DNA of 64,000 nucleotides from an uncultured Methanosarcinales archaeon (GTDB lineage: Archaea > Halobacteriota > Methanosarcinia > Methanotrichales > Methanotrichaceae), in the NCBI GenBank assembly GCA_963843555.1, contig CAWJKV010000018.1, positions 1-64,000 of the forward strand, given 5' to 3'. Below are positions 40,893 through 52,269 of the stretch, piece by piece. Below the pieces are notes generated by a model that saw only the letters and a list, made by a program, of their open reading frames with translations, did not search any database and was not told the origin of the DNA. The translations under genes were made by a program, and so were the position numbers. Each line of letters begins with the position of its first letter. Positions within the stretch are counted from its first letter, which is position 1.

Positions 40893-42762
40893 TTAAGTTC
40901 GACGCTTGCACTGGATATCTTCATCGGACGGCATCATATAAGCTATGTCGTCTGCTGGATGGCGGTACAGCCTGGAGCCAAGCCTCTTTTGGTCCAGGAT
41001 ATGCCCGATCAGGCCGATGCTGCGACCGAGCGCAAATAGCCCATTCAGATAACCCAACCGCACGACCTCATCGATCTCCTCTTTGGTGAAAGCACCGCAT
41101 GAGGTCATCAGATCAATAAAGAGAATGCCGATGCAGCCGTCTACATTCAGGATCAGATTCCCCTTCTTGGCTGTGGTTAGCTCTTCCACCTGCAGGGCAT
41201 AGTTGAGAAGCTCCGTGCTGGGGAAATTCGCCCGGGCATAACTTATGAGCAGTTGGACCCGCTTGTCGGGGTTCTTGACGCTCTTGATCTTGTGGCCGAT
41301 GCCAGGAATGTTGATGCCCTTCTTCTTCATCTCTTTCACGAACTGCTCGGGAGCAAGATCAGTCTCGCGAGCGTGCTTGAACTCGCGGGCTGCATCATCG
41401 ATGGCCCCGCCAAAACGCGGACCTATGGTCAATAGGCCGCTGCATAGTGACGAGATGAGATCCTTTCCGGCACACGAGGCCACAATGGCATTATGAGCCC
41501 CGGATACGGCCGGACCGTGGTCCGCCACGATCTGAAGGACCAGTTCGATGAAATGAGAGGCATAGTCCGGCAGCTCCTTCTTGAACCAGAGCAGGCCAAC
41601 AACCCCTCCGATGCCCATCTTCTGGCCCAGAACATCGGAGAGCTTCTTGCCCGCATAGAGCACCTCTTCGCCGCTGTCATCGGAGACGGTGCAGATGAAG
41701 GTGGTGGGCTTGCGAATATCGCCCGATGCAAGCGCTTTGCTGTAGTCGCTGGGAATTTTGGGAACCTCGGGCTCTTCAAATTGCAGAACCACGCCTTTGG
41801 CCAGCAGCATCTCGTATACACGGCGCACAGTCTCGCCATAGTCATCGAATGATGTCAGGCACATAAGCTCCCGCCTCGCGGAAAGCATCGTTCTTGGCCT
41901 GAGCGGTCTCCTTGTGAGAATCGGCCTTGGCACCGGCATGGCCGAACTGAACGCTGGCCGGCAGGAACGGCGAGCAGGTACCTGTTACCCATGCTACCAG
42001 CGGCTTTTTGATCTTTCCCTCTTTCAGGGCCTGAATGATCTTATACTCGTCTTCGCCGCCCAGTTCGCCAAGACAGGCAATCATCTTGATGGCAGGGTTT
42101 TGTTCGTAACGCAGGATGTGGTCGAGCAAGGTCGATCCTGGATAGCGATCTCCTCCGATGGCCACTCCTTCGTAAATGCCGTCCGAATTTCTGGAGATGA
42201 TGTTGAAGGCCTCGTTGAGCATGCCTCCCGATTTGGAGACGAAACCTACACATCCCGGCCGGTAGAGCTTGGAGGCGATGATATTCTCGATGGTCCCTGC
42301 AGTATTGCCGATACGGAAGGCCCCCGCGGTCATGCCGCCCACTGTGGCCGGACCGATGACGATCTTATGGAGCTCTCTGGCTGTGGCACTCATGACACGA
42401 GACTGCCTCTCCGGCACGCCCTCCGCAATTACGGCCACGGTTCGAATGGTCTTCTCCTGCAATGCCTCCATGGTGGTCTCGAAGGCGGAACGGTGACTGG
42501 CAAAGTTCACCATTACATCGGCTTCTGGATAAGCCTTGGCCGCCAGCGAGATGGTCTTATACATGGGCAGAATGATCTCTTTAGTTCCCCAGAATGCCTT
42601 ATGAATGCCGGCTCTGCTGGGATTGATTATGGCAGAGATGCTAGGCGATTCACGTTTGCAGATGTAGTCGAAGTCCAGCATGCGCTGGATGGCATTGGTC
42701 TGATAGCCGTAGACGAATGCTTTGGTGTCTTTATCAAAGAGAACGTATTCTTTCCTGCTCAT
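40893..42762 (-). CDS. aclA: ATP-citrate lyase alpha subunit (frameshift near 41850)
   Basis: [22 protein letters not shown] phospho-His; citryl-CoA lyase part [16 protein letters not shown] and LNVDG. Confidence 0.9.
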
Positions 42763-44027
42763 TGAGATGCACCTTCCAGGGCCAGGGGAACAATTCTCGT
42801 CATATGGGTCTCGGGTCCATGAACTTCAATGGGCACGCCAAGCCTTCGGCCCAGGTCGCGCATGAGCCTCAAGCCCTGCTCATAATTGGGGCCGCCTCTG
42901 CGCACGTAGATCTTGATACCAGCTTCTTGGAGCAATTCCTTGTACTCCTCCAGGGCCATTGTTACGCCCTTGAAAGTCTTGGCGACATCAGTGAAGTTGG
43001 CAATAGCGCCTCCAATGAGCAGCACCTTTCCTCTGGGGTCCTTTTGGCGCGTCATCAAATCCAGAATTGTCCTGGTGTAGTAGTAAGTCTCCTCGGTGTT
43101 GGGGTCTCCGCTGTATTCGCCATAGTTGGCCATTTCTTTTGCGAATCCCAGATCACAGATCGTATCGGCATAGATCACGCTCGCGCCACCACCTGCAACC
43201 ATAGTCCAGACCCTCCCTTCCGGATTGAGAATGGTCAACTTCAAAGAGGCACCTGTCTTGGAGTCGAGATCCTTGATGAACAATTCCTCTTTGGAGAGAC
43301 TCCTTCCGAAGGGCTCGGGGAAAGCAAGATCGTGCCATCGTTTCCTCTGCCAGTACTCCTCAGCGTCGTCAAGCTTGGCCACCATATCCAGAGGCACAAT
43401 AGCACCGTTATGGAATGTGAAGGGATTGATCTCCAGGTAAGCGAAACCCGTCTCTTTGTAAAACTGCCAGAGAGCTCGGATGAAATTTTCCACGGCAAGT
43501 TTTTTCTCCCCGAGGCTCGCCGGCAGCTTTGACTTGATATCTAAGTCCTCTATTCCTGCCAGGACATCTGCATGCACCCGAACGACCTTGTCCCAATTCT
43601 CCTCCACAGAGACGCCGCCTTGCGTAGAGAAGAATACATTATCGCCATCATAGTCAGAGCTGATAGCTACATAGAACTCCTCGTCATGGGGTATGAAAGG
43701 TTCAATCAGAAAATGAGAGAGCCTTCCGGTGATGCCCCCTAAGACCACCTCAGAACCCATGTTCTCTTTAAGGTACTTCTTCGCCCGATTCCAGTCTGAG
43801 TCCAGCAGAACCAGCCCGTGTTTGCCTCTCTTTCCAAAGAGCTGGTCCGGCTTGACCACAAGCCTTGACGTCTTCAGCCATGGATTAAGAGATACGAGCT
43901 CCTCCAGATCCGTCTCCGGTCCCACCAGGGCGAGATTCCCTTTGTAGGAGAATTCATTGAGGTACTCGGGAAGGTATCTGGCCAACAAACGTTTTGCATC
44001 GTACTCCCTAATGCCTCTCTGTGCCAT
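42759..44027 (-). CDS. aclB: ATP-citrate lyase beta subunit
   Basis: IREYDAK, VVKPDQLFGKRGK, MVAGGGASV, NYGEYSG and RRGGPNY. Confidence 0.9.
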   Translation of the reverse strand: MAQRGIREYDAKRLLARYLPEYLNEFSYKGNLALVGPETDLEELVSLNPWLKTSRLVVKPDQLFGKRGKHGLVLLDSDWNRAKKYLKENMGSEVVLGGITGRLSHFLIEPFIPHDEEFYVAISSDYDGDNVFFSTQGGVSVEENWDKVVRVHADVLAGIEDLDIKSKLPASLGEKKLAVENFIRALWQFYKETGFAYLEINPFTFHNGAIVPLDMVAKLDDAEEYWQRKRWHDLAFPEPFGRSLSKEELFIKDLDSKTGASLKLTILNPEGRVWTMVAGGGASVIYADTICDLGFAKEMANYGEYSGDPNTEETYYYTRTILDLMTRQKDPRGKVLLIGGAIANFTDVAKTFKGVTMALEEYKELLQEAGIKIYVRRGGPNYEQGLRLMRDLGRRLGVPIEVHGPETHMTRIVPLALEGASQ

Positions 44028-44140
44028 GTCCAAAACCACCTTCGCCGCCTTAATGTTTTTCTTATTTACAAACCTTTCTAGAGGCCGAGGTGCCGGATAG
44101 TTGGGCAAATGTTGAAGTACTCAAGTGAGACTGGGATCAT

Positions 44141-45140
44141 ATGAAGTGTCCTGCTTGCGGTATGACCTGTGTTGAGCCGGCAGAGGAAGTCCTGGCGGGG
44201 ATTGAGCAAAGGTATCTTGCCTGCTGCAATTGCCCGCCTGAGCCGAATTTGCACAAAACTCTGTCCCTGAAGAATCTACCCGAAAAGATAGAACGGTGCC
44301 AGTCGTGCGGCAGAGCAACGCTGGATGCCGTAATGCTCGATGCGTTGAGAGTTCTGAAAGAGTTTGGTCTGCGCGACGATATGGATAACCTGCGAAGCGT
44401 TGGCTCGCCGCTTATAGGGGTGGGCTATCCCCTGGCCTATTCGCCCCGCCTTGGCCAGAGGAGCCTGATGATCTCCGGTGAACGGCTCTCTGTTGAGGCT
44501 GCCGAGGCGATGCTGGAGAGAATTCCGGAGATCAAAGGAGTAATACTCTCCAGGGGGGTTCCGGGCATATGCCAATCAGGGACAGAGCCCCTGGAGAACG
44601 TTCTTCTGGCGGGCTGCGACCTGCGCGCCGACATCTGCCAGAGCCTCTTTGGGGAGCTGGTCATCTACAAGAGCCAGTCAAAAATCCATATCGAGTTTTC
44701 CAGGCAGAGCGCCCCCAAGATGAGGATCATTGAGGAGCTAAGCCTGGCCGGCAAGGCTTGCGAGGTAGTGGATGGGCTCTCAGGCCCCGGAACTCTGGGG
44801 CTGATGTGCGCCCTGGCGGGAGCCAAGCGTGTGGTTCTGAATGACGCCTGGCTTCCTGCAGTGCAAAATGTCCTCCTCAATCTGGAAGCCAACCGCAGCC
44901 TGCTCGGAATAGAGGAGATAGAGTATCTGGAAATGCCCGACGGGACTGGTGGGGAATGCTCCGGTGCTCGCAGGCCGCGCCAGCGGCCCGTGCGCGATAG
45001 AGGTCTATCATGGGGATCTGACAAGGCTATTTGAGCGAGCGCGACCTGCCGGCCTCTGCCTTATCGATCACTTCCCGGGCCAGGAGACAAAAGTTCTGGA
45101 GAAGGCCTGCAGCTGCTGCAAAGATGTAGTAATAGTATAG
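44141..45140 (+). CDS. Conserved methanogen protein with Cys-rich N-terminus and methyltransferase-like C-terminus (frameshift near 44950)
   Basis: CPACG and CQSCG; VVDGLSGPGTLG; VVLND. Confidence 0.6.
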
Positions 45141-45164
45141 ACAAAGCATACATAAAAAGAATAG

Positions 45165-45239
45165 TGGGACAGCGCGGATTCGAACCGCGGTCCAAGAGTC
45201 CCAAACCCTCGAGGATAGACCAGGCTACCCCACTGTCCC
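45165..45239 (-). tRNA. tRNA-Pro(UGG)
   Basis: GGGACAG acceptor stem, D arm TAGCCTGGTCTA, anticodon loop TTTGGGA and T arm GGTTCGAATCC. Confidence 0.95.
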
Positions 45240-45270
45240 AAAGACAAGTGCACCTACTGGACACGGGTAT

Positions 45271-46345
45271 TTAAAAGCCTTTTGCTAATTGTTTCTCAGT
45301 TACAGCCGTCGGGGAAGTATGATTTATCTTCTTCACGAGATACGCCGTCGCCAGGCCGCCGATGGCGGTGAGCATCCAGAGCTGGACGAGTCTGATGAGG
45401 ATGGTCGCTGCCACTGCGATGTGCATGGGCAGACCGATGGCGGCAAAGAGGGTGCTCATCACTAATGTCCACCAATCCGACTCCACCCGGCAAGAATATG
45501 GGCAGCATCTGCAAGAATATCATAACCGCATATACCGCAAATACAGCTTGAAGCGGCACGGAAATGCCCATAGAACGGAAGACGACGACGGCCACCATGG
45601 TCATGGAGAGCCAGCCTACCAATGCCCAGAAGGTGCTGATGAAAAGGGTTCTCTTGTGCTCGACCAGCATCTTCATGGACTGATGGAATCGGTTCATTAT
45701 GCCGCTGCATTGCATCCGATCCACATTGATATGGAAGATCTTTTCGACATAGTCGATCAACTTGAAGATGATTCGCTCCAGCCAGTCGTCTGCAAAGCAG
45801 ATGCCGATGAATGTGGCATTGAGTAACAGCATGATGAGAGCAATGATGCTGCAGGTAGCCAGAACCCAGGGTGGGGCGTCGGTGGCCAGGTACAGGTAAA
45901 CCAGGCCAATCGCTGTACCCAGAAAGAAGGGTATTGCTGTGATGATTCTTGTGGCGGCAACTGTAGCTGAAGACTGATCGATTCGCGAACCTCCGTCCAG
46001 CTTTTCCAGGAAGTAGATGCGAGCCGTCTCTCCTGCGAAGGAGCCAGATGGTATGAGGTTGTTCATGAAACCGCAGGACAGGTAGATGAGAAAGAGATCC
46101 CAGATGGGCACCTTGTAATTGAACTTGAGGACAACTGCCCTCCAGGCCAGGGCATCGCAGAACACACCGAAGAGTGCCAGAATTACAGCCATGGAAAAAA
46201 GGGCAAGATCGACATTTCTGAGGCTGTCAATCACATCCTGGAAGCCCACCTGATATAGATAAAATAGATAGACGCCCATGCCTAATGCAATCAAAGCTAT
46301 TGATTTTCCTGGGCGGATCGTGGGAAGCTCTATCTCGTCGCTCAC
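45271..46345 (-). CDS. Lysylphosphatidylglycerol synthase-like (UPF0104) flippase-type membrane protein, frameshift near 45465
   Basis: FMNNLIPSG..GE..R and LPGGVGLVD; many TM segments. Confidence 0.8.
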
Positions 46346-46421
46346 AAAGGGGTCAAGGCAACGATGGTTAAAAATATTCCCATCACAACCTTTTTAAATC
46401 CTGCTTTAATAGGGTCATCTC

Positions 46422-46601
46422 ATGGGAAAGACAGGAAGCATAGAATGGGTCAAGATCAAAGGAAGAAAGGGTCAGGTCAGGCAGGTAACCAAGGCCGAGG
46501 CCACCCATAAGAAGCCCGGTCCAATGCAGAGATATACAGCCTCAGGTTCCAGAGTCAAGAAGATAAAGAGATCCGCGAAGGCTACTCAGATCAGAGCATG
46601 A
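46422..46601 (+). CDS. Small basic protein, 59 aa (DUF5350-like; not in the ORF track)
   Basis: MGKTGSIEWVKIKGRKGQVR...KKPGPMQRY; ATGA overlap with thiI. Confidence 0.65.
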   Translation: MGKTGSIEWVKIKGRKGQVRQVTKAEATHKKPGPMQRYTASGSRVKKIKRSAKATQIRA

Positions 46602-47737
46602 TCTTCCAGGACGTAGTTCTGGTACGTTACGGGGAGATCACTCTAAAGGATAGCTGGACCAGGCAGAACTGGGAACGCATTTTAGCGAGCAATATAGCTT
46701 TTTCCCTGCACAGGGCAGGTGTGGAGCATAAGGTTATCAGGGGCGAGGGCAGGATCTTCGTCCACACCCCCGACGTCAGGGCCAGCGAGATCGCAGCACG
46801 GGTTTTTGGCGTTGTCTCTACAAGTCCTGCCAGGACTGTTTCCTCCGATTTGGAGGAGATGAGCCGACTGGCAGTAGAGATTGCCCTGCAATCAAAGCCG
46901 GCCACTTTTGCCATACGGCCCAGGCGCACAGGGGTCTCGATTTCCAGCGAACAGATCGGCCGGGTCGTGGGAGAGGCAGTTCGACAGGCTACTGGCGCCT
47001 CAGTGGATCTGGATGAGCCGGAGCTGGAGATATTTGTCGAGGCCAGAAGGGACAGGACCTACGTCTTTACCGAGGTCGTGAAGGGTCTGGGGGGCCTGCC
47101 CCTGGGCTCACAGGGAAAGATGTTGGTGCTCATCTCCGGGGGCATTGATTCGCCTGTGGCCGCCTGGATGATGATGAAGAGAGGCTGCCCCGTCACGCTC
47201 CTGCACTTCGACTCCCGGCCTTATGCCGATGCTATAAACCAGTCCATCAGATGCGCCGAGGTTCTGTCGGAATGGACCTCGGGCCGTAAGATCGATTTTA
47301 TCACCATTCCCATCCAGAAGGGAATTGAGAAGATCCAGGCTCACTATCCCCGCGCCACCTGCATTCTTTGCCGGCGCTTGATGTACAGAATAGCGGCAGA
47401 GGTCATGGAGAAAGAAGAAGCTCTGGGTATTGTCACGGGATACTCCATGGGCCAGGTGGCTTCGCAGACGGCGGAGAATATACTGGCCGAGCAGGCCTCA
47501 ATTGGAGTGCCGGTCTTCCATCCGCTCATTGCCATGGATAAGTCCGAGATAATCGACCTGGCCCGGAAGATTGGGACGTACGAGGTGACCGAGGAGACCA
47601 AGTCCTGCACAGCCGTGCCCAACAAGCCCATGACCAGAGCCAAAAAGGACGAGATCCTCCTTGCAGAAGAGGATCTGGGTCTGAGAGATATAGCCAGCGC
47701 TCTGGTCAGAGAGATGAAAGTGACCAGAATCGGGTAG
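46598..47737 (+). CDS. thiI: tRNA 4-thiouridine synthase
   Basis: VRYGEITLK, THUMP domain, SGGIDSPVA, CILC and GQVASQT. Confidence 0.9.
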   Translation: MIFQDVVLVRYGEITLKDSWTRQNWERILASNIAFSLHRAGVEHKVIRGEGRIFVHTPDVRASEIAARVFGVVSTSPARTVSSDLEEMSRLAVEIALQSKPATFAIRPRRTGVSISSEQIGRVVGEAVRQATGASVDLDEPELEIFVEARRDRTYVFTEVVKGLGGLPLGSQGKMLVLISGGIDSPVAAWMMMKRGCPVTLLHFDSRPYADAINQSIRCAEVLSEWTSGRKIDFITIPIQKGIEKIQAHYPRATCILCRRLMYRIAAEVMEKEEALGIVTGYSMGQVASQTAENILAEQASIGVPVFHPLIAMDKSEIIDLARKIGTYEVTEETKSCTAVPNKPMTRAKKDEILLAEEDLGLRDIASALVREMKVTRIG

Positions 47738-48017
47738 AAATTCTATTAGATCAATTCAACATCTTCAAATTTTTAATAAATTATTTTGAATCATATGACC
47801 AAAATTTTCGTGATTTCCACTACCAATGCTAATCTTTTTCAAAAAAATGAATTAAGCACAAAACATAAATATTTAAAGAAGATCTAACAGAATAGTAGTA
47901 GTCTGGAATAATTGAAGAATTGAGAAGAAAAAAGGCCAGAATTCTCTCGAGTCCCAGAAGTTTTCAGCCAGATGAGATGATAACAAAATCCATCAAGACG
48001 TGGGAGGGAAAGGAAAA

Positions 48018-48218
48018 ATGGCAGAAGAGAAAAAGACATCGGGAAAAGAAGGAAAGGGTAAGATGACTGTGCAGGAGGCAGGCAAGAAAGGCGGCATGAA
48101 GACTGCCCAGACGCACGGCAGGGAGTTTTATGAGAAGATCGGCCAAAAAGGCGGCCAGAAGATCAAGGAGCTTATCGAAGAAGGAAAGAAGGCCAGGAGC
48201 CTGTCTGAAGGGAAGTAA
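48018..48218 (+). CDS. Em/GsiB-like KGG-repeat stress protein
   Basis: MTVQEAGKKGG..THGREFYEKIGQKGG. Confidence 0.85.
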   Translation: MAEEKKTSGKEGKGKMTVQEAGKKGGMKTAQTHGREFYEKIGQKGGQKIKELIEEGKKARSLSEGK

Positions 48219-48458
48219 GGCAATTTTTTTGTTGCCAAGGAGGTCCTGGCAGAATGTCGATCAATTGCCGTGGTCGATTCTTGCCATTTGCCGGGATTTG
48301 AATGAACGGACGTGGAGAGGAAAATGGACACCATGGGCCCACTTTTCCCGACCTTTTTACACTACCACAATTTAGTCCCGCTATCGAGAAACATGATCGT
48401 CACGTTCAACGCGGCCACAATCAGCCTTGATCACCCAGAACCGCAGCAGTACCGCTGG

Positions 48459-49040
48459 CTAGAGCACCGATCCCGGGCTCTCCTCAAGGATATCGTGCGA
48501 AGAATCCGCCTTTTCGTCTCTCATCTTTACCAGTATCCATCCTCGCTGCGTTTTGGTGAGAGCATAACCGCCTGACAGCTTCTTGCCCTCCAACCAGAAT
48601 GCTGCATGTCCGTTCTCCAGGGCCTGAGCGAGAGTGATATCCTGTCCATCCTTCCTGGACATGTTTATGTAGGGACCTTTATCCCAAACGATCACTGTGC
48701 CGGCTCCGTACTGCCCTTCTGGAATTGTGCCCTGGAATGAGGCGTATTCCAGAGGATGGTCCTCTGTCTGTATCGCCAGGCGCTTGACCTTGGGATCCGT
48801 GGAAGGCCCTTTCGGAACCGCAAAAGACTTGAGAACGCCATCTACCTCCAGGCGCAGATCGTAGTGCAGGCTGCGTGAACTGTGCTTTTGCACCACAAAG
48901 ATCTGGCTGTGAGAACGGGCCCCGCTGCCCAAGGGCTCTGCTGTGATCTCAAAGTTCCTCTTCTCCCTGTAGGATTTTAGCGAATCAGAATTCACGGGAT
49001 CTGATTTTGATGAGTTTGAATTTTTCGAGCCTTCCTCCAT
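48459..49040 (-). CDS. Stand-alone LigD 3'-phosphoesterase (PE) domain protein
   Basis: YREKRNF, FVVQKH..LHYDLRLE, AVPKGPS, TEDHPLEY and YGAG.V.VWD.G. Confidence 0.9.
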   Translation of the reverse strand: MEEGSKNSNSSKSDPVNSDSLKSYREKRNFEITAEPLGSGARSHSQIFVVQKHSSRSLHYDLRLEVDGVLKSFAVPKGPSTDPKVKRLAIQTEDHPLEYASFQGTIPEGQYGAGTVIVWDKGPYINMSRKDGQDITLAQALENGHAAFWLEGKKLSGGYALTKTQRGWILVKMRDEKADSSHDILEESPGSVL

Positions 49041-49186
49041 TCTGAACACCTGCACTATTATTCCTTCTGCAATCTAAATAAGCCTTCACCCGGGATGTTG
49101 AACTTGTGGCGGTGGCCAACCTGCATTATGAGAAGGACCGATCAAGTGGAAAAATCTATACGTTCCAAAAGCGAATTAGAGTCTTT

Positions 49187-49747
49187 ATGAGAAATATAAT
49201 TGTTTCAAACTATGTTACCCTTGATGGCTTCTTTGCAGGACCGAATGGAGAAATTGACTGGTTTGTCTGGGATGAAGAGATCGAACAATTCTCAAAAGAT
49301 TTTTTGGCAGGTTCGATAGACACCATCCTTTTTGGACGGGTGACTTATGAGCTGATGGCCGGCTACTGGCCTGTTACTACAGCGGAAGATCCAATCATCA
49401 CCGAAAAAATGAATAATTTACCTAAGATTGTCTTTTCAAAAACCCTGGAAAAGGCTGATTGGAGGAATACAAGGTTAATAAGAGAAATTAACAAGGATGA
49501 TATTCTAAGAATGAAAGGGCAGCCGGGTAAGGATATGGTGATTTATGGCAGTGGCAGCATTGTATCAGCTCTTACGAAATTAGGATTGATCGATGAATAT
49601 TTGATCTATGTCAATCCCATCATCCTGGGCAATGGAAAACAGCAATTCAAAGATATCACGGATAGGATAAATCTCAGGTTGATAAATAGCAAGATATTCA
49701 AATCAGGTGTCGTCTTGCTTCATTATGGTGCGATAGAGAAAGGGTAA
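49187..49747 (+). CDS. Dihydrofolate reductase/RibD C-terminal family protein
   Basis: TLDGF, LFGRVTYE, GSGS and LIDEY..PIILGNG. Confidence 0.85.
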   Translation: MRNIIVSNYVTLDGFFAGPNGEIDWFVWDEEIEQFSKDFLAGSIDTILFGRVTYELMAGYWPVTTAEDPIITEKMNNLPKIVFSKTLEKADWRNTRLIREINKDDILRMKGQPGKDMVIYGSGSIVSALTKLGLIDEYLIYVNPIILGNGKQQFKDITDRINLRLINSKIFKSGVVLLHYGAIEKG

Positions 49748-49803
49748 GAAACAATTTGACCAGGTAGAATGGTTTTCCGGCAATTGTCCGATCTCAATTC
49801 TCA

Positions 49804-50586
49804 TCACTTCATCTTCTGATGTTCAGGGCAGTAGTAGCTGGTTCTCCCTCCGATCTTCTCATGCTGAAGAAGAGCGCCGTCCCTGGGGCAGGTTCCGCCC
49901 GCATAGCGATACGGCAGGAGATAGGAATCGGGCAGATTGGCAAGATTTGCCCCGGTGGAAAGGGCTGTCTTAATAACCTCCTGAATTGACGCAAAGAGGG
50001 CTTCAAGTTGCACCTCATTCAGACAGCGAGACTTGGGACAGATTCCAGCCTGAAAGAGGGCTTCGTCTGCGTAGAGGTTGCCAAGGCCCGCAAGAAGTCT
50101 CTGGTTGAGCAGTGCTGCCTTGATCAAGCCCCGTCTGCCGCTCATAATCTCTATAAAGCCATCCCGGTTGAGCTGCAGGGCGTCGGGGCCGATCTTTCGC
50201 TCTGCCAGGAAAAGGGCAGGACTTGTTGTCAATCCCACCTCGCCGAAGATCCTAGGATCATCGAAGGCCAGCCGGCGGCCGTTCTGAAAAGAGACCAGCA
50301 GGCGGGTGTGACGGGGCTTTGCCGCATGGGCCTGGAGATATACAAGCCTCCCGGTCAGGCCGAGGTGAAGCGTGAGCCAGAGATCGTCCTGCAGCATCAG
50401 AAAGAGCCTTTTTCCATGCCTTTGCACGGATAAAAACTGCTTTCCCGCCAGACTGAGCTCCAATGCCTCTGGAGAGACCCCGGAGAGGATGCGGTTGTCC
50501 AAAACTTTAGCCGCTCTGATGGGCTGGAGCAGTATTGTAGCCTCCAAATACATTCGAGCCGCCTCTACTTCAGGAAGTTCAGGCAT
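49804..50586 (-). CDS. Fpg/Nei family DNA glycosylase
   Basis: MPELPEVE, RHGK, HLGLTG, GLGNLYADEALF and a C-terminal CP..R..YYCP.HQ zinc finger. Confidence 0.9.
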   Translation of the reverse strand: MPELPEVEAARMYLEATILLQPIRAAKVLDNRILSGVSPEALELSLAGKQFLSVQRHGKRLFLMLQDDLWLTLHLGLTGRLVYLQAHAAKPRHTRLLVSFQNGRRLAFDDPRIFGEVGLTTSPALFLAERKIGPDALQLNRDGFIEIMSGRRGLIKAALLNQRLLAGLGNLYADEALFQAGICPKSRCLNEVQLEALFASIQEVIKTALSTGANLANLPDSYLLPYRYAGGTCPRDGALLQHEKIGGRTSYYCPEHQKMK

Positions 50587-50702
50587 ATTTTCATGCACCA
50601 TCCAGTCAGTCGATCAGAGTTGGTTCATTACAGCAGTTTAAGGTATACTTGAGGAAACGCCTTATCATATATACCTGGGTTTCCGTTGTATACCATACAA
50701 TT

Positions 50703-51539
50703 ATGACTGAGGCATTTGTATTCACAGAGACGGACAGAACCAAGTCCAGATGGGTGGCAAAGGCCTATCATGATTTTGTAAAAGAGACCGGCAGATCAAG
50801 GACCACGCTGAGAGGGCTTTTCTACTATGCGTTGCAGAGGAAGGCATCAGACTATCCCCTTTGTGGTGGGTTCGTGGGCGAGATCAGGATCACGAGACCT
50901 TACCATGAGAGCGACGGCGCGAAGCTCTCCAAGTGGATGAGCAAAGCAAGAACGCTGCGATTCATTCCGGCTGACGCCATACTCGACGAGATTCCTGGGG
51001 AGAACGTCTTCTTGCCGGATGAGAGGCAGGCAAAGACCACCCCGGTCGAGGTCTGGTTGAATAAGTCTGCATTGAATCCCTTATTGTATCCCGTCTGCCA
51101 GAAACACGGCGCAACACTTGTCTCCGTCAATGGCAGGGCTTCCGAGGAGGCCGTCAAGGCTCTGTACAAGCGTTGCTGCTCCCCAACCATCATCCTGTGC
51201 CTCTCGGACCTCCGCCCGGACAGTGTATTCTTTGCCAGAGACCTGGAGGCAAAGATCGCAGAACTGAGGCACAGGGCTGCTGCAAATATCAGACTGAAAA
51301 GCATTGGCCTATTGCCCGAGCAGATTTTGGAGCTGAAGGTACCCATGGTCCAGGGCAGTAAGGAAAAGAATGAGGGACAGGAGAAGTATAAAAATTTTCT
51401 AAAACCTTATGCTCTGGATGCAAAAAGGATGGCTGAACTCGATGCACTGGAGGTTTATTTTCCGGGAGGTATAGCCGGTTTCCTGGAAGATGCCCTCTCC
51501 AAATGGGCTAGAAGACGCGAAAACCCAAAAGTATTATAA
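50703..51539 (+). CDS. Topo VI-A/Toprim-like protein with degenerate acidic motifs
   Basis: TLRGLFY, AR...IP...D, VEVWLNK, ILCLSDLRPDS and ELDAL. Confidence 0.55.
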   Translation: MTEAFVFTETDRTKSRWVAKAYHDFVKETGRSRTTLRGLFYYALQRKASDYPLCGGFVGEIRITRPYHESDGAKLSKWMSKARTLRFIPADAILDEIPGENVFLPDERQAKTTPVEVWLNKSALNPLLYPVCQKHGATLVSVNGRASEEAVKALYKRCCSPTIILCLSDLRPDSVFFARDLEAKIAELRHRAAANIRLKSIGLLPEQILELKVPMVQGSKEKNEGQEKYKNFLKPYALDAKRMAELDALEVYFPGGIAGFLEDALSKWARRRENPKVL

Positions 51540-51564
51540 TGCCCGTCTGCATTGCCGAAACGGT

Positions 51565-52032
51565 ATGACAGAAGTACCTGATATTCCCCTGGAGCAGATC
51601 CAGCAGCGCGTGGTGGCCATGTGGATGGGAAGCTTCTACGGCAGCAGCGGCTACGTAGCTCGAAAGCTTGGCAAGAAAGGCCTGCGGGAGTTTCAGGATA
51701 TTGGAGCCCGACAGGTAGCGGCCACCTTCAAGCAGCTCGGCCTGGCGGAGCCCGAGGCAGTGGCCCTGGCCATAGCTGCCAATGATAAGAACCTATTCGG
51801 AAGCGAGGTCGAGGTGATAGAAGGAGATGGCTTTGTGGAGATCAAACGCAAACGCTGCGGATTGATGGAAGGCGCCAAATCCTTCGCCCGCGTGGGAGCC
51901 AGCCTGATTGCCAAGGAGCACTGCAGGACCTGCGTGGAAAGCCATTGGAAAAAAGTCTTCTCGGATCTGAAGTTGAAGATGGAAGTGGATCATACGGAAG
52001 ATGGATGCACTATGAGAATTTCGAAGCTTTAG
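51565..52032 (+). CDS. Hypothetical protein (V4R-like ligand-binding fold possible)
   Basis: ORF with spaced Cys residues (RCG, HCRTC, GC). Confidence 0.55.
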   Translation: MTEVPDIPLEQIQQRVVAMWMGSFYGSSGYVARKLGKKGLREFQDIGARQVAATFKQLGLAEPEAVALAIAANDKNLFGSEVEVIEGDGFVEIKRKRCGLMEGAKSFARVGASLIAKEHCRTCVESHWKKVFSDLKLKMEVDHTEDGCTMRISKL

Positions 52033-52269
52033 CCGGAAACCAACTATCCCCGGGATAGCATGCGGTGAAAGGAAAACCTCCAATGTCGGCCCATCAACGT
52101 TAAAATCAGCCTGGATTATTCCATTTTTTAAATAAGACTAATACTTATGAGAGATTTGAAGGATAAATTTATATAATATTAAAGTAAGATATTCATTTTG
52201 AGCATAATTCGCTTATTTTGCGAAATTAGCTCAAATTAAAGGTTTAAAAAATAGGGGGCGAAAAAGAAA

